This document shows positions 24,000-38,520 of a stretch of DNA of 64,000 nt, in pieces (positions within the stretch are counted from its first letter, which is position 1; the number at the start of each line of letters is the position of its first letter). Below the pieces are notes generated by a model. It saw only the letters and a program-made list of their open reading frames with translations. It searched no databases and had not been told where the DNA came from. A program made the position numbers and the translations under genes. The DNA is from the human T2T-CHM13v2.0 reference genome, Homo sapiens. The stretch lies in assembly GCF_009914755.1 (NCBI RefSeq), contig NC_060932.1, one strand, 5' to 3'.

Positions 24000-25940
24000 T
24001 ACAGATCGAAATGTCTCAAAAATGAGTGTGCCTCTAGTACTACTTGTATTTATTGTTGTACTAGACTCCCTAAAAGCAAAGAAAAAGAAATAAAATTGAA
24101 TAAAGTTTATGTAGATTTAACAGAGGAAAATGAAACTTTTATGCATAGATACTGTACTTTTGTGCATATAAAAGCCAAAAAATGTGCTGAGAACTAGGAT
24201 CTTAAATCCGAATTAATCATGTTACTGGGAAAATAAATGAATAATCAGAAATTTTTAGTTTTTATTTTTATTTATTTATTTTTTTGAGATGGACTCTCAC
24301 TCTATCGCCCAGGCTGAAGTGCAGTGGCATGATCTTGGCTCAACGCAGCCTCCGCCTCCAGGTTCAAGCAGTTCTTCTGCCTCAGCCTCCCAAGTAACTG
24401 GGACTACAGGTGCATGCCACTACACCTGGCTAATTTTTGTATTTTTAGTAGAGATGGGGTTTCACTATATTGGCCAGGTTGGTCTCGAACTCCTGACCTT
24501 GTGATCCACCCGCCTTGGCTTCCCAAAGTGCTGGGATTACAAGTGTGAGACACCGCACCTGGCCAAGACAATTTTATTTGTATATACCCAAACTAGATAA
24601 TTATAAAATAAAAATTTAAGAAATTATTATTTCTTAAACTATGCATAAACATAAGATATTTATAAATCTATCTTTTGAAATATAGGTGTCATGTTTACTG
24701 GATACTGTAAATATTACTGAGGCAAATTAATGTAAATACAGGCTAAAATGAAAGGATGAGCTTTGTTTTAGATTGAAAGGTAGAATATTTTGTTATGTAT
24801 GCCAGTTCTCCCCAAATAAATTTATAGTTACAGTACAGTCCCAATTAGAATCAGTTTTTCTTAAACTAACATGACTATTCTAAAATTTTATGAAAGTGAA
24901 AATGTCTAAGATAGCCAAGAAAATATCGGGTTATAAAAATAATAGTGGAAGACTTAACTACCAGGTATAAAAATTAGCTATGAGTTTATAGCAGTTGCTG
25001 ATGGTATCATGACAAACACAAATATAAACATCAATGGAATAGAAAAGAGAACCCATATATTATGCTGGATCAGTTAGGTATTATAAGAGAAAAAATACAC
25101 CTTGTACCCTATCACATACTATTTACACAAATTAATTTGAGATGAGCTGTAGGCATAAAAATTAAAGGTAAAACAATGAAATATTTGAGAGAAAATATAG
25201 AATAATAATTTTATATCTGTTGGATAGGCAACATTTTCTGAAACAGAACATTTAAAGTATTACCACAAATGAAAGGATTAGACTATATTAAAATTTAGAA
25301 ATTATTGACATCACATATACCATTAAGGAACTAAAAAGGCAAGTCATGGTCTGGGAGATTTTTGCTGTACTGTATCTGACAAGGAATCTGTGTCCTCAAT
25401 GTGTAATAACTTTCACCACTAACATGAACAACTCACTTTTAAAGAAATGAAAAAATATATGGAAAACACTTTGTGAAAGAAAATAAGTAAATAACTAATA
25501 TGAAAAACATCTCCACATAAACTTGGAGGACTAGAAAAAATATTAAAATCAGAATGAGCCCCTAATAGATGTCTACCAGAATGTCTACAATTAAAAATTG
25601 ACAATAGCAAAGAGGATGAGTTTTGAAGCAGCCAGAATATTCAGACACTGTTAGTGAAACTATGGGTAAGTACAAGCACTTAGGTAGATACTCTTAGGCA
25701 GTCTCTACAGAAGTTAAAATATGATTGCACTTGATTCTAGAAATTCCACTCTTCAGTATGTACCCAAAGGAAAGAAGTGCCTGTTTAATTTTTAAAAAGT
25801 ACAGAGGCAACTTCATGCAGTGCTATTTATAATAGCTCAAAACTTGAATTAAACTAAATGTTTGTCAATATAAAAGTAGATCATTAAATTAAGAAATATT
25901 TAAAAAATTCAATACTACAATATGCAATAGCAAACAAAAT
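24000..25940 (+). mobile_element. Degenerate L1M ORF2 3' half, interrupted by Alu
   Basis: A-rich sense L1 remnants such as CAATGGAATAGAAAAGAGAACCCA and AATTCCACTCTTCAGTATGTACCCAAAGGAAA. Confidence 0.7.
24259..24564 (-). mobile_element. AluS (Sg/Sc-like)
   Basis: Full antisense Alu with the 2-bp deletion form CCTGACCTTGTGATCC; (TTTA)n tail. Confidence 0.92.
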
Positions 25941-26519
25941 TGAATTTCTGGCAGCTAAGTTTGTAAAGTTTGTTTGATCATCTCTGCTCTCAGTATTTGT
26001 GTTAAATATTAAACTTATTAATATGAATCTGTCTCTTTTAAAAGTTAAATTAACTTAAAATTGTAGAATATGTAGTTCTTTGTATTATATATGATTTTGT
26101 TATTGATTTCTAATCAGTAATTTTATATTCTTGATCAGAGTTATTTAGAAGAGAATTTAAAATGGAAATATCTGACTTTTTCTATATTTGATTTGAGCCT
26201 TCATGGTTACTTTTATTTATTGGGATCAGTGGGTTTAAAAGAGATTTTTTTTCTTTAGCTAATAGGGAAATGCTTTTTAGTTTTATGTAGTTAATTTTTA
26301 AACCATGTATGTAAAAATTACTTCCCTTTATGTGTATAACATGTTCTTTCAACAGAGGGATAAATGGATACCTACAAGTCTGTTATTTGTGTTATTCAAA
26401 TAATCTTGGCTAATTTACACTTTATCTTGGCATGTTTTTTCAAGATGTTGAATTACATTTTCCAAATATGGTTATATGTTTTTAATTTCTCTTTGTCTTT
26501 CTATTAGCTTTTTCATTAT

Positions 26520-26560
26520 ATGTGTGTGTGTGTTTGTGTGTGTGTGGAGAGAGAGAGAGA
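26520..26560. repeat. (TG)n(GA)n compound microsatellite
   Basis: TGTGTGTGTGTGTTTGTGTGTGTGTGGAGAGAGAGAGAGA. Confidence 0.9.
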
Positions 26561-26643
26561 AAGAAAAAGAGGTACATAAAATTTCATAGCTCTTTTATAT
26601 TCTTGGTAGAATGTACTTGTGTGAATATAAAATATTTTTGTTC

Positions 26644-27090
26644 TGTGTCCTTCTTTAGGTCCTCTAGGTAGCAAACATCAAGACAGATTTAAATGTACAA
26701 GGATTGTGTTAGGATAAATGTGTTCATTATGTAAAATAGAGAAGGAGCTGGATAAGGGTAGGTGAAGGACAGGTTGTGTTTTGATTCTAATTTTGAATGA
26801 AGAATAGAGGGAGATTGTTGACAAAAGCATCCTAAATTTCCATACAGTGTAGGGAAGATTCTGCAAAGCCATCAGGGAATCCTTGAGCAAAGGCAGCTGA
26901 GAGTCCTGTCTCTCCCACGAACTTTTCTGTCTTGGTATCTGTGAAGTACTCCTGTAGGATATAGTCTCTGTGAAAATGTGTGATGGGTTTCAAAGCTTGA
27001 ACTTGCCTTTGGTCTTTTACACTTTCTGTTACAGAATGTCTACAAGGCATATTCTTATGGCTGCCACATCCTAATTTAATGATGCAACAC
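26644..27090 (-). mobile_element. LTR33-like ERVL solo LTR
   Basis: TGTGTCCTTCTTTAGGTCCTCTAGGTAGCAAACATCAAGACAGATTTAAATGTACAAG...GCCATCAGGGAATCCTTGAGCAAAGG resembles antisense LTR33. Confidence 0.65.
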
Positions 27091-28071
27091 AAAATTCTAC
27101 TTTAATAATAGTATCACTATATTTACATTTGTTAGCATTTATCTTCTATACAGTTTTCATGCCTCCATTTTATTTTAGGTGTATCTCTTATAAGAAGACT
27201 ATTTTTAAACAATTTTTATATCCTTCTGTTAATTCAAGCCCAATCTGATTTATGTGGATTATTAATATGCTTGAAATTACTATTTCTGTCTGAGTTCATA
27301 TTATTACTCTTTACAATGGTTTCATTTTCTTTTCATTTATCCCAATTTCTGTCTTATTTACGTAGTTACTTTGAGTAAGTCAATACAGTTTCATCTTCCT
27401 TGTATGTTTTGCTGATCCACCATGCTGATTTTGGACTATTTTCTTTCCAGTGATCTTTAATAGTTTGGAAGATATATTTATATTATTCAATCAGTGACGT
27501 GAAATAATCTTTATAACCTCCAGCATAGACCTGACTAGCAGAATATTTTGTAGATCCCTATATCCAATAATTTCAGTGTAACTTAAATAAATTATGAAAC
27601 TCTGGACCCTGATACAAAAATAAAATATTTCTATATTCTCTGGATAGCTTTTTACATTGCTTTAAAAAGATGAGTTTAGAATAATTCACATAATGTAGAT
27701 GTATAATCATATATGCTTCAGAAACAATTATTCTACATTGCTACAACTTAAATATATTGGGAAGAAGAAATTCATTATCTAAATCTTATTTCTACATATA
27801 TACACCTTCTGCCTAAACAGATATAACATCTTTTCAAAACTAGCATAGCTTTCAAATATTTACACTTAATAGTATCTACATCACATAAAACTGATTAATA
27901 TTTTAAAATATATTTAAATGCTTCAAACAATAAAGAGAAAATGATTTTTCACATGCAGCTAATGTTTGACCCTTTGATTCATGATATGACAGGCTTGACT
28001 ATACTTTTTCCTTCATTTTCAATAAATGGAGAATAATGTTTTTAACATGCCCACCTGAAAATTGCACCGAG

Positions 28072-28336
28072 AACACATATACAATGACGGTCCAATAAGA
28101 TTGTACTGTACTGTATTTTTACGCACCTATTCTATGTTTGGATATGTTTGTATCTATAAATACTTACCATTGGGTTACAATTGCCTACGGTATTCAGCAG
28201 AGATTTGTAGTCTAGGAGCAAAAGGCTATACCATCTGGGTTTGTGTTAGAAAACTTTAGGATGTTTGCACAGTAAACTCACCTACAATGCAATTCATCAG
28301 AACATATACATCCGGTCATTAAGCAGCACATGACTG
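28072..28336 (+). mobile_element. Tigger3a (MER7A)-like TcMar MITE, lacking left end
   Basis: AAATACTTACCATTGGGTTACAATTGCCTACGGTATTCAG...TAGGAGCAAAAGGCTATACCAT...TTAAGCAGCACATGACTG followed by TA. Confidence 0.85.
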
Positions 28337-31004
28337 TATTGTGACTGCCAGCTGAAGATACTCTAACAAAAAGTTTCTTTTTATTTGGATATATTTATGA
28401 TTCATATTTATAACAGCCTTGTGATTAAACTCAGTAATTTGTTTTCCACAATATTTTCTTCAGTAGTATATTAATTTTTGTTTAGACAAGGATATACTAA
28501 ATATTAACTTTGGTTTCTTAAGTCATGCTTGATTACTTTCTTATGTAGATTATATTATATAACTTAAGCATAAGAATACATATTAGCTCACTTCATGTAA
28601 CTATATGTGTTTGTTCTATTTGTACTTTTTTTTTACAACAACTTTTTGTATAATCTTGAAGTAGTATGGCAGGGGAGACAAGGTGCTCTTTAGAAAATCA
28701 CGATTTAAGACTTTTCCTAATCTGAAGTTATTATTGTTCATGTAATCACTGTGATGTCTAAACAATGTCAATCATCTATGTTTGGATGTGTTTGGGTTTT
28801 ATTTAGGTCCATGTGTCAGATGAATTGATATACATGTAATTAACTGGTAAATTATATACTAGTATACATTTGTTGTTTATGTCGTTATTATCAAAGAAAT
28901 CTTTCAATGAATGTTATATATTCTACAGTTACAGAAATGAGATTCAGTTGTAAGCCCAGAGGAGTTTAGGGGCTACATTATAAGTAACTATTCAAAGCAG
29001 TTACTCTTATAGAGTACTAAGTAATGGCGGAGGCATGGAGAATATCTCACTTCTAGGACTGTAATCTAGAGAATGCACAGGCAGTATTTGGTAGAAGAGT
29101 GGTAGAAGGAGTAAAGAATAAGTCTCCTTAAGACCATATCCTTGGATTACTTAAAATATCCATACTGAAACTAATCAACTGTGATTGGAAAGAAGATTCA
29201 CAATGAAATATTATAAACATACTTCTTGATGTTCAATACATGGTTTAATTGGATTAGATCATAGGAAATAAGAGTTCTGTGAGTTATAAACAGGTTATTG
29301 AAAAGAGGCAACCGCTAAGCCAGATACCTCCCATTAAGACCAATACTGAAGCAGGATGAACCAGGGTAGTGGTGAAGTAATTAAGATCTGTCAATGATAA
29401 GCAACATTATTTACTTGATTGTTTTTAAAATTTCAGGTTTGTGATTGCTTTAATCTACGATTTCTCAAAATTTTAGTTACTTACTATCTCCTAGTTACAG
29501 TTTATGGATTATTATGCTCTGCCACATAACCCTTTTCATTTCCTTTATATTTTGCATTTGTTTATCCTGGATTATTTTTGAACTTCAACTAGACTATACA
29601 ATGTTTAAGAATAGGGATTATGCCTGCTTAGTAAACACTTATAGTAGTTGACACTTTGTAAGTATTCAAATATTATTTGTGTAAATGAATTAAACTGTTC
29701 TCTGCATGTCACTGTGCACATTCTCCACCCTGTTAATGATATTGTTTCAAGACTTATATATAGTAGAAACATATTTTTAAAACAATAAGATTGGTTTTCT
29801 TTGCTTCACACAAACTAATGAAAAACATAAGAACGAAACTTTCCTTAGCTATATACCCAGCAGGCATCTGACTAAAGATTAAAAGCTGTAGATATTTAAT
29901 ATTACTCATATACTATTTGGTGTACTATTTCAATTTTCCACTCTGCCAAGTATTAGTACAACAATGAATTATTAAAACTAACATCGACTATAATGCTGTA
30001 GCTATTTTGGTACATTAAATGCCAAACACCTATAGGTGACTCCGTTAGAAATGATGGATAGATTTGCACTACAGCATCAGCTAAATGAAATTAGCATCCT
30101 TACTATGTTGAATTAGCATTATGTCTGCTCATTTATTATGCTAAATTTAACAGCCACTCTTTCTTGAAGTTTTATTATTTTCAGAAAATTAAATGAAGGA
30201 AGAAGTGACTCAGTGTGTAATATTTTAAAATTGTCATGTTATATGGAACTCATCTGACTCGTGCAAAAAACTGCCTTTTGAAACTAAAGTTGTTTTCTTA
30301 AAAATTCGATTTAAAAATAAGATTGATTTCAGTTGATCCTAAAAATTGGTCAATGTGATAAACACATTTTTTGTCTTCAATTTTCAGTAAACTGATATGT
30401 AGTCAACATTTTATACATAATTTACCTTCTTTTGGGGGATTTAGATAATATAGTGCACTTTTGGCATAGTCTGATCTTGAGCATGAAATACAGAGAAATC
30501 AAACTGATTTCCACAGCCATCATTCAGTAAGTGCAATATCTACCATCTATATCACTGATTCTGACATCTTGAGAAACGGAGACTGCTCGGAAACACCAAT
30601 GAACTAATTTACTTACAGCTAAATGTATATATAATTAAAAATTTTTTTTTGAAAATCTATTGCCTCATAACTTGCTTTATAATAGTCTTTATAGCAGTTT
30701 CTAGAACAAATATATTTAAACAGGTTTTGCCATCATTACCTTTTCACTGATAGGCAAACTGAAATCCACAGTAATTTATTCAAGTGATTTACTCAGATTT
30801 TACAGAGTGATTTGCTAAAATATATGAAGGGACTCTGGATAAAAACCATATCAAACTTATTCCTTATCCCCAATAGTTCCCTGTTAAATACAATTTGAAA
30901 ACCTTTAAAAACTAACTGAACTGGGTTTTGGTGGGTTGTTTAAAGCATATCATATTGATATTTTAATGTTAATATTTTTATAATGCTTAAGATACATCAT
31001 AATG

Positions 31005-31320
31005 ATATATATGTATATATATTATATATACGTATATATATTTTAATTATATATATTAAATTAATATATACATATATTTATATATAATATATGTATATAT
31101 TTATATATAATTATATATGTATATATAAAATATAATATATACATATATATAAAATATATACATATATAAAATATATATATCATGATATATATACGTATTA
31201 TATATTATATATTATATGATATTATATATGTATATATAATATATACATATATACATGTATATATATTATATTATATATACGTGTATATGTATATTATATA
31301 TGTGTATACATATATATATA
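31005..31320. repeat. Degenerate (TA)n-rich simple repeat, ~315 bp
   Basis: Almost pure alternating A/T with sparse G/C, abutting the Alu poly-T. Confidence 0.95.
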
Positions 31321-31598
<278 letters not shown>

Positions 31599-33909
31599 TA
31601 ATACTAATATTGTTATGATGCTTAATTTGATTTCAGAGAGCATACATGAAAAAGGAGTGAAAGATACATAGATCAAATTTGACCTTGCAGCAGAATAGAA
31701 AGGCAAGCATGTTTGAGTGTTTTAGTGACATTCTTGGCAGTACTTACTGTGATACTAAGAACATCTTGCTAACTGACTGAACTGAGAATCTAGCATACGG
31801 GTTATAATTGCCAATCCATTACACAAAGCCAAAATGAAAATATAGTATTGGAAAATAAGCACAGCAAATGTTTTCAAAGCACCTGTCCCAGAACCTGTGA
31901 CTTCGAATCCACAGAAATGCTGGGTGAAATAAATGTGAAACTTTCCAAAAAGGGATGATATAGGACCCTAGAAGTAACTCCAAGGCTTTTCTCAGTCAAG
32001 CCTCTCCTGCTTGCTAATGTAGCACCCTTGTACTCCCAACTACCCTAACTGGCATGCTACTGCTTAGGATTGGGTTATACATCACCTCTTCCAGTAAATC
32101 TTTTTGATCCCTGTGTATAGCACATTTGGTTCTCCTTTGAGCTACCCAAGCAAACTGTTAAACATGGCTTTATCACACTATAGTGGCATTTATAGTTTAT
32201 TTACTTGATACTATATAGTAACCGAGACCCATAACATCATTCAGCTTCTGGTGCGTATGGTAAGCATTCAGTGTTTCCTAAATAATAATAAAGCAAATAA
32301 ATGGATTAACAAGAAAAATTAAACAAGTGACAGAATGAGTTACTTTACTGACTCTATATTTGGGAAATATATATTTCAAGTTCAGAATTATGATGTGATA
32401 CAATGGCCTCCAATTCTAAATGAAAAATAATTCAGAACTATTTGGAGGATCTCAAAAATAGAACCTTGACATTACAGTTACGGATGCTTCAAATTAGAAA
32501 TACAAGGAGGGGGGTATCTAAATGAAATCCATATGGCACAGGGTGATCACTGAGAAATTTCTATTTAAAAATGGATGAAAGATTTTAAAATACAGGGTTT
32601 TTTTTTTTTAAAAAAAGTAACATTTACAGGATCTATTTGAGTCCTGTCATTAAAAGATCCAGATGTGGCCGTAAAAATAGGTAACTAAATTGGAGTAGGA
32701 GTGAAAACTCCTATGCATGAACTCCTACTTGGAATTCACTTAGGGCATTTAGCTACCCTTAAAGAATAAAGGAACCCCCCAAGATAACTATAGAGAAAGC
32801 TGACATCTAGGCCTAGAGATAAGTAAACTTCAGGAGAATTTTGTAAAGACAAATGATAGATCAATAATTAAAATTGCTTCCTTGGGATTAAATTTTAGAC
32901 TTCCTTTAATTTCATGGAGAAAACTATTGGAAACAATCCAAGAATCTGAAGGTGACTGTATTTTCATGAGCTTAAATATAAGCAATACACTTCGGTATAA
33001 TATAAATTTTTAAATATATATCCTCATGTATATATTTATTATAAACTCAGTGCTGGATTTATGTTTAGTTTTTTTTTAACTTTTCTGTCTATAGTTTTGA
33101 AATTGCAGTGGAAAAGAGGCATATTCAAACTTATAATCTCTCATGCAATTAGAATTAAATGTCTAAGGATTTCTGCAAGCCAAATGAAATAATTGGTTAC
33201 ATACTACTCAGAGATAGTATGCTAAAGAAACTGCCATAAACTACCACTATCTTAAAATATAACTGAAACACTCTTTCAATGAAAAATATATACTTGTGTA
33301 AATAGTTCAATCATGGAGAAAACCTGAGCTTCATGTGTATTGTGATCTGTGTTCTATAAAATTAAAATATATAAGTTGTCATATTTAGTGCATTCTGAAA
33401 CATTTATAAGCAATATGCTTTGGCTATCAGGACTTTATTTTTCCTCTGAAGTAAACATTAAACATTAAGAAAATGGCTTTGTTATAAAAACCACATACTA
33501 TTCAGTTATGCAATTTAATATTGGATTGTATTTTAGATCTTTTCTCCAAATACAAGAATATGACACCATCACAATTATTTATGATAAGATGCATACATTA
33601 AATGGAACGGAAAATTACTCAACTAGTTCAACTGAAATTATGTAATGGAAATAAGGCCACAGGCTAGAAAAATGACACAAAACAAATGACAAATGTAACA
33701 CATTTGGAAAATAGATCTTTGATCAAGAGCTAAAATCAGCCATTTTATTAAAAAAAAAGACCCTGAGTTTAGACAGTGTAGAATGTATGTACCCTACAAT
33801 TTACTTTATAAATTTAAAATCATTTGATGGTGATTCAAGACAGAATTTATGATTTGTAGCAAAAGTACAAGTTTAAGATTTGGGTTTTTCCATTCTAAAC
33901 TCTAATATA

Positions 33910-34140
33910 CCAAATAACTCACATTTATTCAGCATTTATTTATTGCCATATCTTATACTAGGCTCATTACACACATTATGCATAATAGGAGGCATTCTTA
34001 TCCCAATTTTATAGAAAAGAACATTAGGCTCAGAGGCATTGAGTAACTTTCCCAAGGTAACACATTTAATAAATGATAGCATCAAAATGCAAATTCAGGA
34101 ATTTGTGGATTCAAATTTAAGGCCATTTCCTCTCTACCAG
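33910..34140 (-). mobile_element. MIR
   Basis: ATCCCAATTTTATAGAAAAGAACATTAGGCTCAGAGGCATTGAGTAACTTTCCCAAGGTAACACA is the antisense MIR core. Confidence 0.75.
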
Positions 34141-34739
34141 CCACCTATCTGTTCAGTATCATATCTTACTCCTTTTATTCCCAACTCGCTTTTTACTTGA
34201 GCATTAACAGTATACCAGTTTTATGAAAATCCATGAACTTTCATATCTTTCTTGGTTGAGACTTTTTTCCTCTTTTGAGTTTGTCAAAGTTCCTTGTACT
34301 TTTAAATATCTGGTAAATTTCCATTTTTCTTAAAGAGTATCATTGTACTACAAACTCCCAATAAATCCCTTCCTAGCAACTACCATTTTCCTCAGCAAGG
34401 ACATTGACTCTATTTAGCCTCTGTACCTTACACCTTACCTTGTATATTTTTTGTATCTTGTATGTATGCATTTCATTTTTATATATTTATATATATATCT
34501 AAGTTTTCTAATTTGTTGGCCTCTTCAGAGAACAAGCCATCTTATACCTTTGTTTGAATCCCATGTGTACCGAATATTGTCTAGTATATAAGAGATGCTG
34601 AATAATGTTGAACTCAAAAGGAATCAGTTTTTTCTCACAACTTTATTTATAAAGTAAAGAAGCCAAGTGTGCATAGGATCATGCATAAAAGATAATGAAT
34701 TTTGGCCCTATATAGATTAGAATTATTAATAGAATTTGT

Positions 34740-34960
34740 ACAAATTGATAGTGAAGAGATAGTTAATTGAAATCAGGAGGTCTAAATAAATTCTTGCTTT
34801 TCTATGTACAAGTTGTGGGAACTTAGACATTTCACTTCTCACTAACCTTTAGTTCTTTTGCCAATCAGATGTGGCTTATACAATTCTTTCTAAATCATAT
34901 GGTTATTTTGTGGAATCAAATGGAAATGCGATGATGTGTATGTAAACACCTGTGAACTGG
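34740..34960 (+). mobile_element. MIR
   Basis: TTGAAATCAGGAGGTCTAAAT...AAGTTGTGGGAACTTAGACATTTCACTTCTC degenerate core. Confidence 0.55.
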
Positions 34961-35880
34961 AATTTATCATTTCTGACATTCTTACTATTACAAAGAGAGA
35001 GAGGAATTGACCTAAGGGAAGAAATTTATTTAGTAACCTAAGGGAAATTATCAAAATATGGTGGAACTATCAGCCTAGTAATTTAGAAAAACTAGGTGAC
35101 ATAGACTATCTTATTGAAACTCCCAAAGGATAGTCTTTCAAAAATTCAGTGAAGAAATTTGTCAATGAACTGTGGTTAACCCAAGGTGTAGTTATCAGTG
35201 GCATTCTATAAGACTGAATTTAGACCTCATTTATTTAGAAATCAAATTTGAAGTTAAAATAAAGTATAGAAATCATAACTGTCAAAGTGGTTATTCTTCC
35301 ATTTCTAAAACTGTGTCCTACCAAATGTAATAAAGTTTTATATACACCACAAAAAATTTGTTACAATAATTTAGATCACTGCATACTGTGTCCTTTTGTG
35401 GCAATTCATAATAAACATATTCAAGTTAGATATTTACTTTTTAAAGATCAGCAAATTTCAGAAATGGAGTTTTATTTTAAGCTATTCTAAACCAAGTTGT
35501 CATCTTACAAAAACCAGTTTAGAAAAAAGAACCTATCCTGGAGACTTTTAACAGATGAATAAAGGAGAAAAAAAGAGGAGGGAATCAGGAATTGAAGATT
35601 AAATGTAATTTGAGATTTATCCACAGGTAGATATTCAAATTAGGAAGAATAAAATAGTAAGATCCCTGCTTAGAACTGTGCCACGGTAAATGCTTTCACT
35701 TTTAAGAGCAGTAATGAAAGTAGCAGAAGTGTTCTGTCAATCAGTTATATTCAGCAGAGTCATATCATGGTCTAAGCAAGCCAACAGCCATACATTTTGT
35801 GAATATATACTTCTATTGATTGCTGCTTTCCTAGTAGATGAACACTAGCAGTATGTTGGGGTATAATGGTAGCTTAAGAA

Positions 35881-36263
35881 TATATTAGTATGATTGGGCT
35901 GCTATAACAAAATACCAATGACTGGGTGGATTAAACAACAGAAACTTATTTCTCACAGTTCTGGAGGGTGGAATGTCCAAGATCAAGGTGCCAGCAAGAC
36001 AGGTTTCCTCATGAGTCCTCTTCCCTTGGCTTGCAGGCAGCTACCATTTTCCTGTGTTCATATGACCTCTTCTTTATTCATGCACAAAGTGAGAGTGAGT
36101 TCTATGATGTCTCTCCTTATAAGGACACTAATCCTACTGCATTAAGGCCTAACCCTTATGATCTTATTCAACCTTAATTCCTTTCTTACTCCAAATATAG
36201 TTACACAGGGATTTAGAGCTTCAACATATGAATTTTGAGGGAAACATGCATTCAGTATTTAAC
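35881..36263 (-). mobile_element. MLT1A/MLT1A0-like solo LTR
   Basis: GGGCTGCTATAACAAAATACCA...TTATTTCTCACAGTTCTGGAGG...CCAAGATCAAGGTGCCAGCA...GCTTCAACATATGAATTTTGAGGG...TAACA. Confidence 0.88.
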
Positions 36264-37514
36264 AAACGGATAAGAGAATGCACGTTATTTCACAGTCAGT
36301 ATATACACACAGGTACCATTAGGGTTTAACTTAGTTACATTATTAGTCCTGAAGTAAGTAATGACTGTCTTCATATTAATTTGAAAACAGAATTTATAAT
36401 TAGAAAATAATGAATTTTTTAATTATCAGGTATAAGAAAACCTGTGAGCAAACCTTATTCTTAGTAGACTTAAAAAATAGTTGATATTAAAACAAGACAA
36501 TTTATTAAATTTCACACAAAACTTGCAGCATGCAGATGTAGGCCAAGAGATAAGGGTCTTTAGATCAAATGTGAAATTATCTTATGTTAATTTTTGGCAC
36601 CAAATACAAATGACTTTTGTACAGTGATTACTTTTTACTTTCATTTGCACTGGCTCTTGAACTTTAATTTCTAAAATGTGATACAGCAAGGTTCTTAGTA
36701 TGCATTTATAGTAAATGAAAGCCCTCTTCTAGCATTTTAAATATTTTAACAGGTCTTTTTTTGTGCAGAATTTTACCAGTTGAATGTTAGTGTTATTCTT
36801 GATAATTGAAAGGAATGTGTTATAGTTTCTTTGCCTATTAATATATGTTGAACATAAGTTTAGTATGCAGGCAAAGAAGTCAGATTCTATGCCTATAAAA
36901 ACATTAGAAACTGAAAAAAATAATAGACAAGGTAAAATGACATAGGATACTTTTGGAAAATCCATTTTGAGTAATATAAGAATGTATTTTGAGATTTTTT
37001 TCATTATTTATAATCAGTTATGAGTAAAAACAATAAAATAGATTTTTATTTAGACTTTATATCATTCTTTATAGTAATGCAATTGCAGATTTGATGAAGA
37101 CATGGTAAAAGAAAATATCTGAAAGGAAACAATGAGAGACCGAGAATAGAAATTGTAAAAACTGAACTGATTCTAAGGTTTGAGAAAAGTTCTAGAATAA
37201 ATCTTTTTAAAAAATATTTCTCATCTTGGAAAGGTTTTTTATTATACTTTAGAAAAACAGGAATTTATTAAAAACACATGGCACTGTGACACAATTTTTT
37301 TCAAAAATTATGCTTGATAAGATTAACGTATAAGTTTATCTACAAATGCTCTTGGGTGTCTATTATTTTCTAGGCTCTTCCTTAGCTGCTATGGACCTAG
37401 TATTTTTTAAAAAACCCAGCAAATTAAATTCATGTATTTATGGTCTTATATTTTATGAAGCAAGAAAAAATGAGAAACAAATAGCTAAATATTTAACATG
37501 TAAAAATGAAAAAA

Positions 37515-37690
37515 GCTGGGCTTGGTGCACATCTGTAGACCCATCTATTCGGGTGGGTGAGGCAAGAGGATCGCTTGAGCCCGGGAGTTCAAAGCTGTAG
37601 CGTGAAATTTTCATTTCTGTGAATAGCCACTGTACTCCACAGTGTGGGTAGCATAGTAAGACTTTTTAAAAAAGGAAAAGAAAATAATAA
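37515..37690 (+). mobile_element. FAM (fossil Alu monomer)
   Basis: Monomer with GGATCGCTTGAGCCCGGGAGTTC...GCTGTAG and the FAM/7SL-derived CTGTGAATAGCCACTGTACTCCA segment; A-rich tail. Confidence 0.8.
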
Positions 37691-38149
37691 AGTGAAAGGT
37701 ACTAAGTAGTTTCTGGGGTGATGGACGTTGCAAATTAGATAGGATAAACACGGAAGCCCTTACGGAGAAGAGGATATTTGAGCAAAGAACTAAACATTGA
37801 TGCAGATATAGACCTAAGTAATTGATGCAGATATCTAGGAGAAGCATATTACAAAAGCCTTATACATATACTTTAACTCAATGTTAGTGATGATTGCAAT
37901 AAATTCTCTTGGAAAATTTAGATGTTTAATATGTTAAATGGTTATAACTGAAAATGGAAAATATATTCTAAAAGAGTTTGTTAAACTGATGTCTGCCTCC
38001 AGTGAAATAGCATGCCAAAGACTGTGACTTCCAACTTATGCTCTTCAACATTTTAGCCAATAGTTGGAAATCAAGATATAGAAATTATACCCTTTATATT
38101 TGTAGACAAGTCAAAATGTTAACTTTAGTTAATACTGTGTTTATAAATT

Positions 38150-38520
38150 AAACTTTAGAAGGAAATTGCACTTATAATAATAAACTTGAAAGATGAATAT
38201 TAGACACTGCATTTGGTGAGAAAATAATTTTATAAGTGGAGGGTAATTGAGACTTGGCTAAACAAAAATTTTACTTAGGGTATTTGAAAATTTTGGTTCA
38301 CCACAAGCTCAATATTCTACAGCGTTATACAGAATTTAAAAATAGTTACATGAATTTAGGCCTTACTATTATACATGAAAAAAAAATAGCCATGGTTTAT
38401 TATTTATAACGTTTATTATATCAGAAACAGTACAAAAATTTTAGGAAGTACAATTTAAGGGGGCACGAAAATACTGAAGTTAATCCAAAAAAGGAGCAAT
38501 AGCTGTAGAGAAAGATCTAA
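38150..38520 (+). mobile_element. CR1/L3 fragment
   Basis: TTGGTTCACCACAAGCTCAATAT resembles recalled L3 consensus GTTGACCACAAGCTCAATATGAG. Confidence 0.45.

Noticed and set aside
22960-25940. Oppositely oriented adjacent L1M segments as a twin-priming 5' inversion
   Set aside because: Both segments contain the same ORF2 region (LDFIKI/LDYIKI motif at ~23950 and ~25280), so they overlap in L1 coordinates and are separate insertions.
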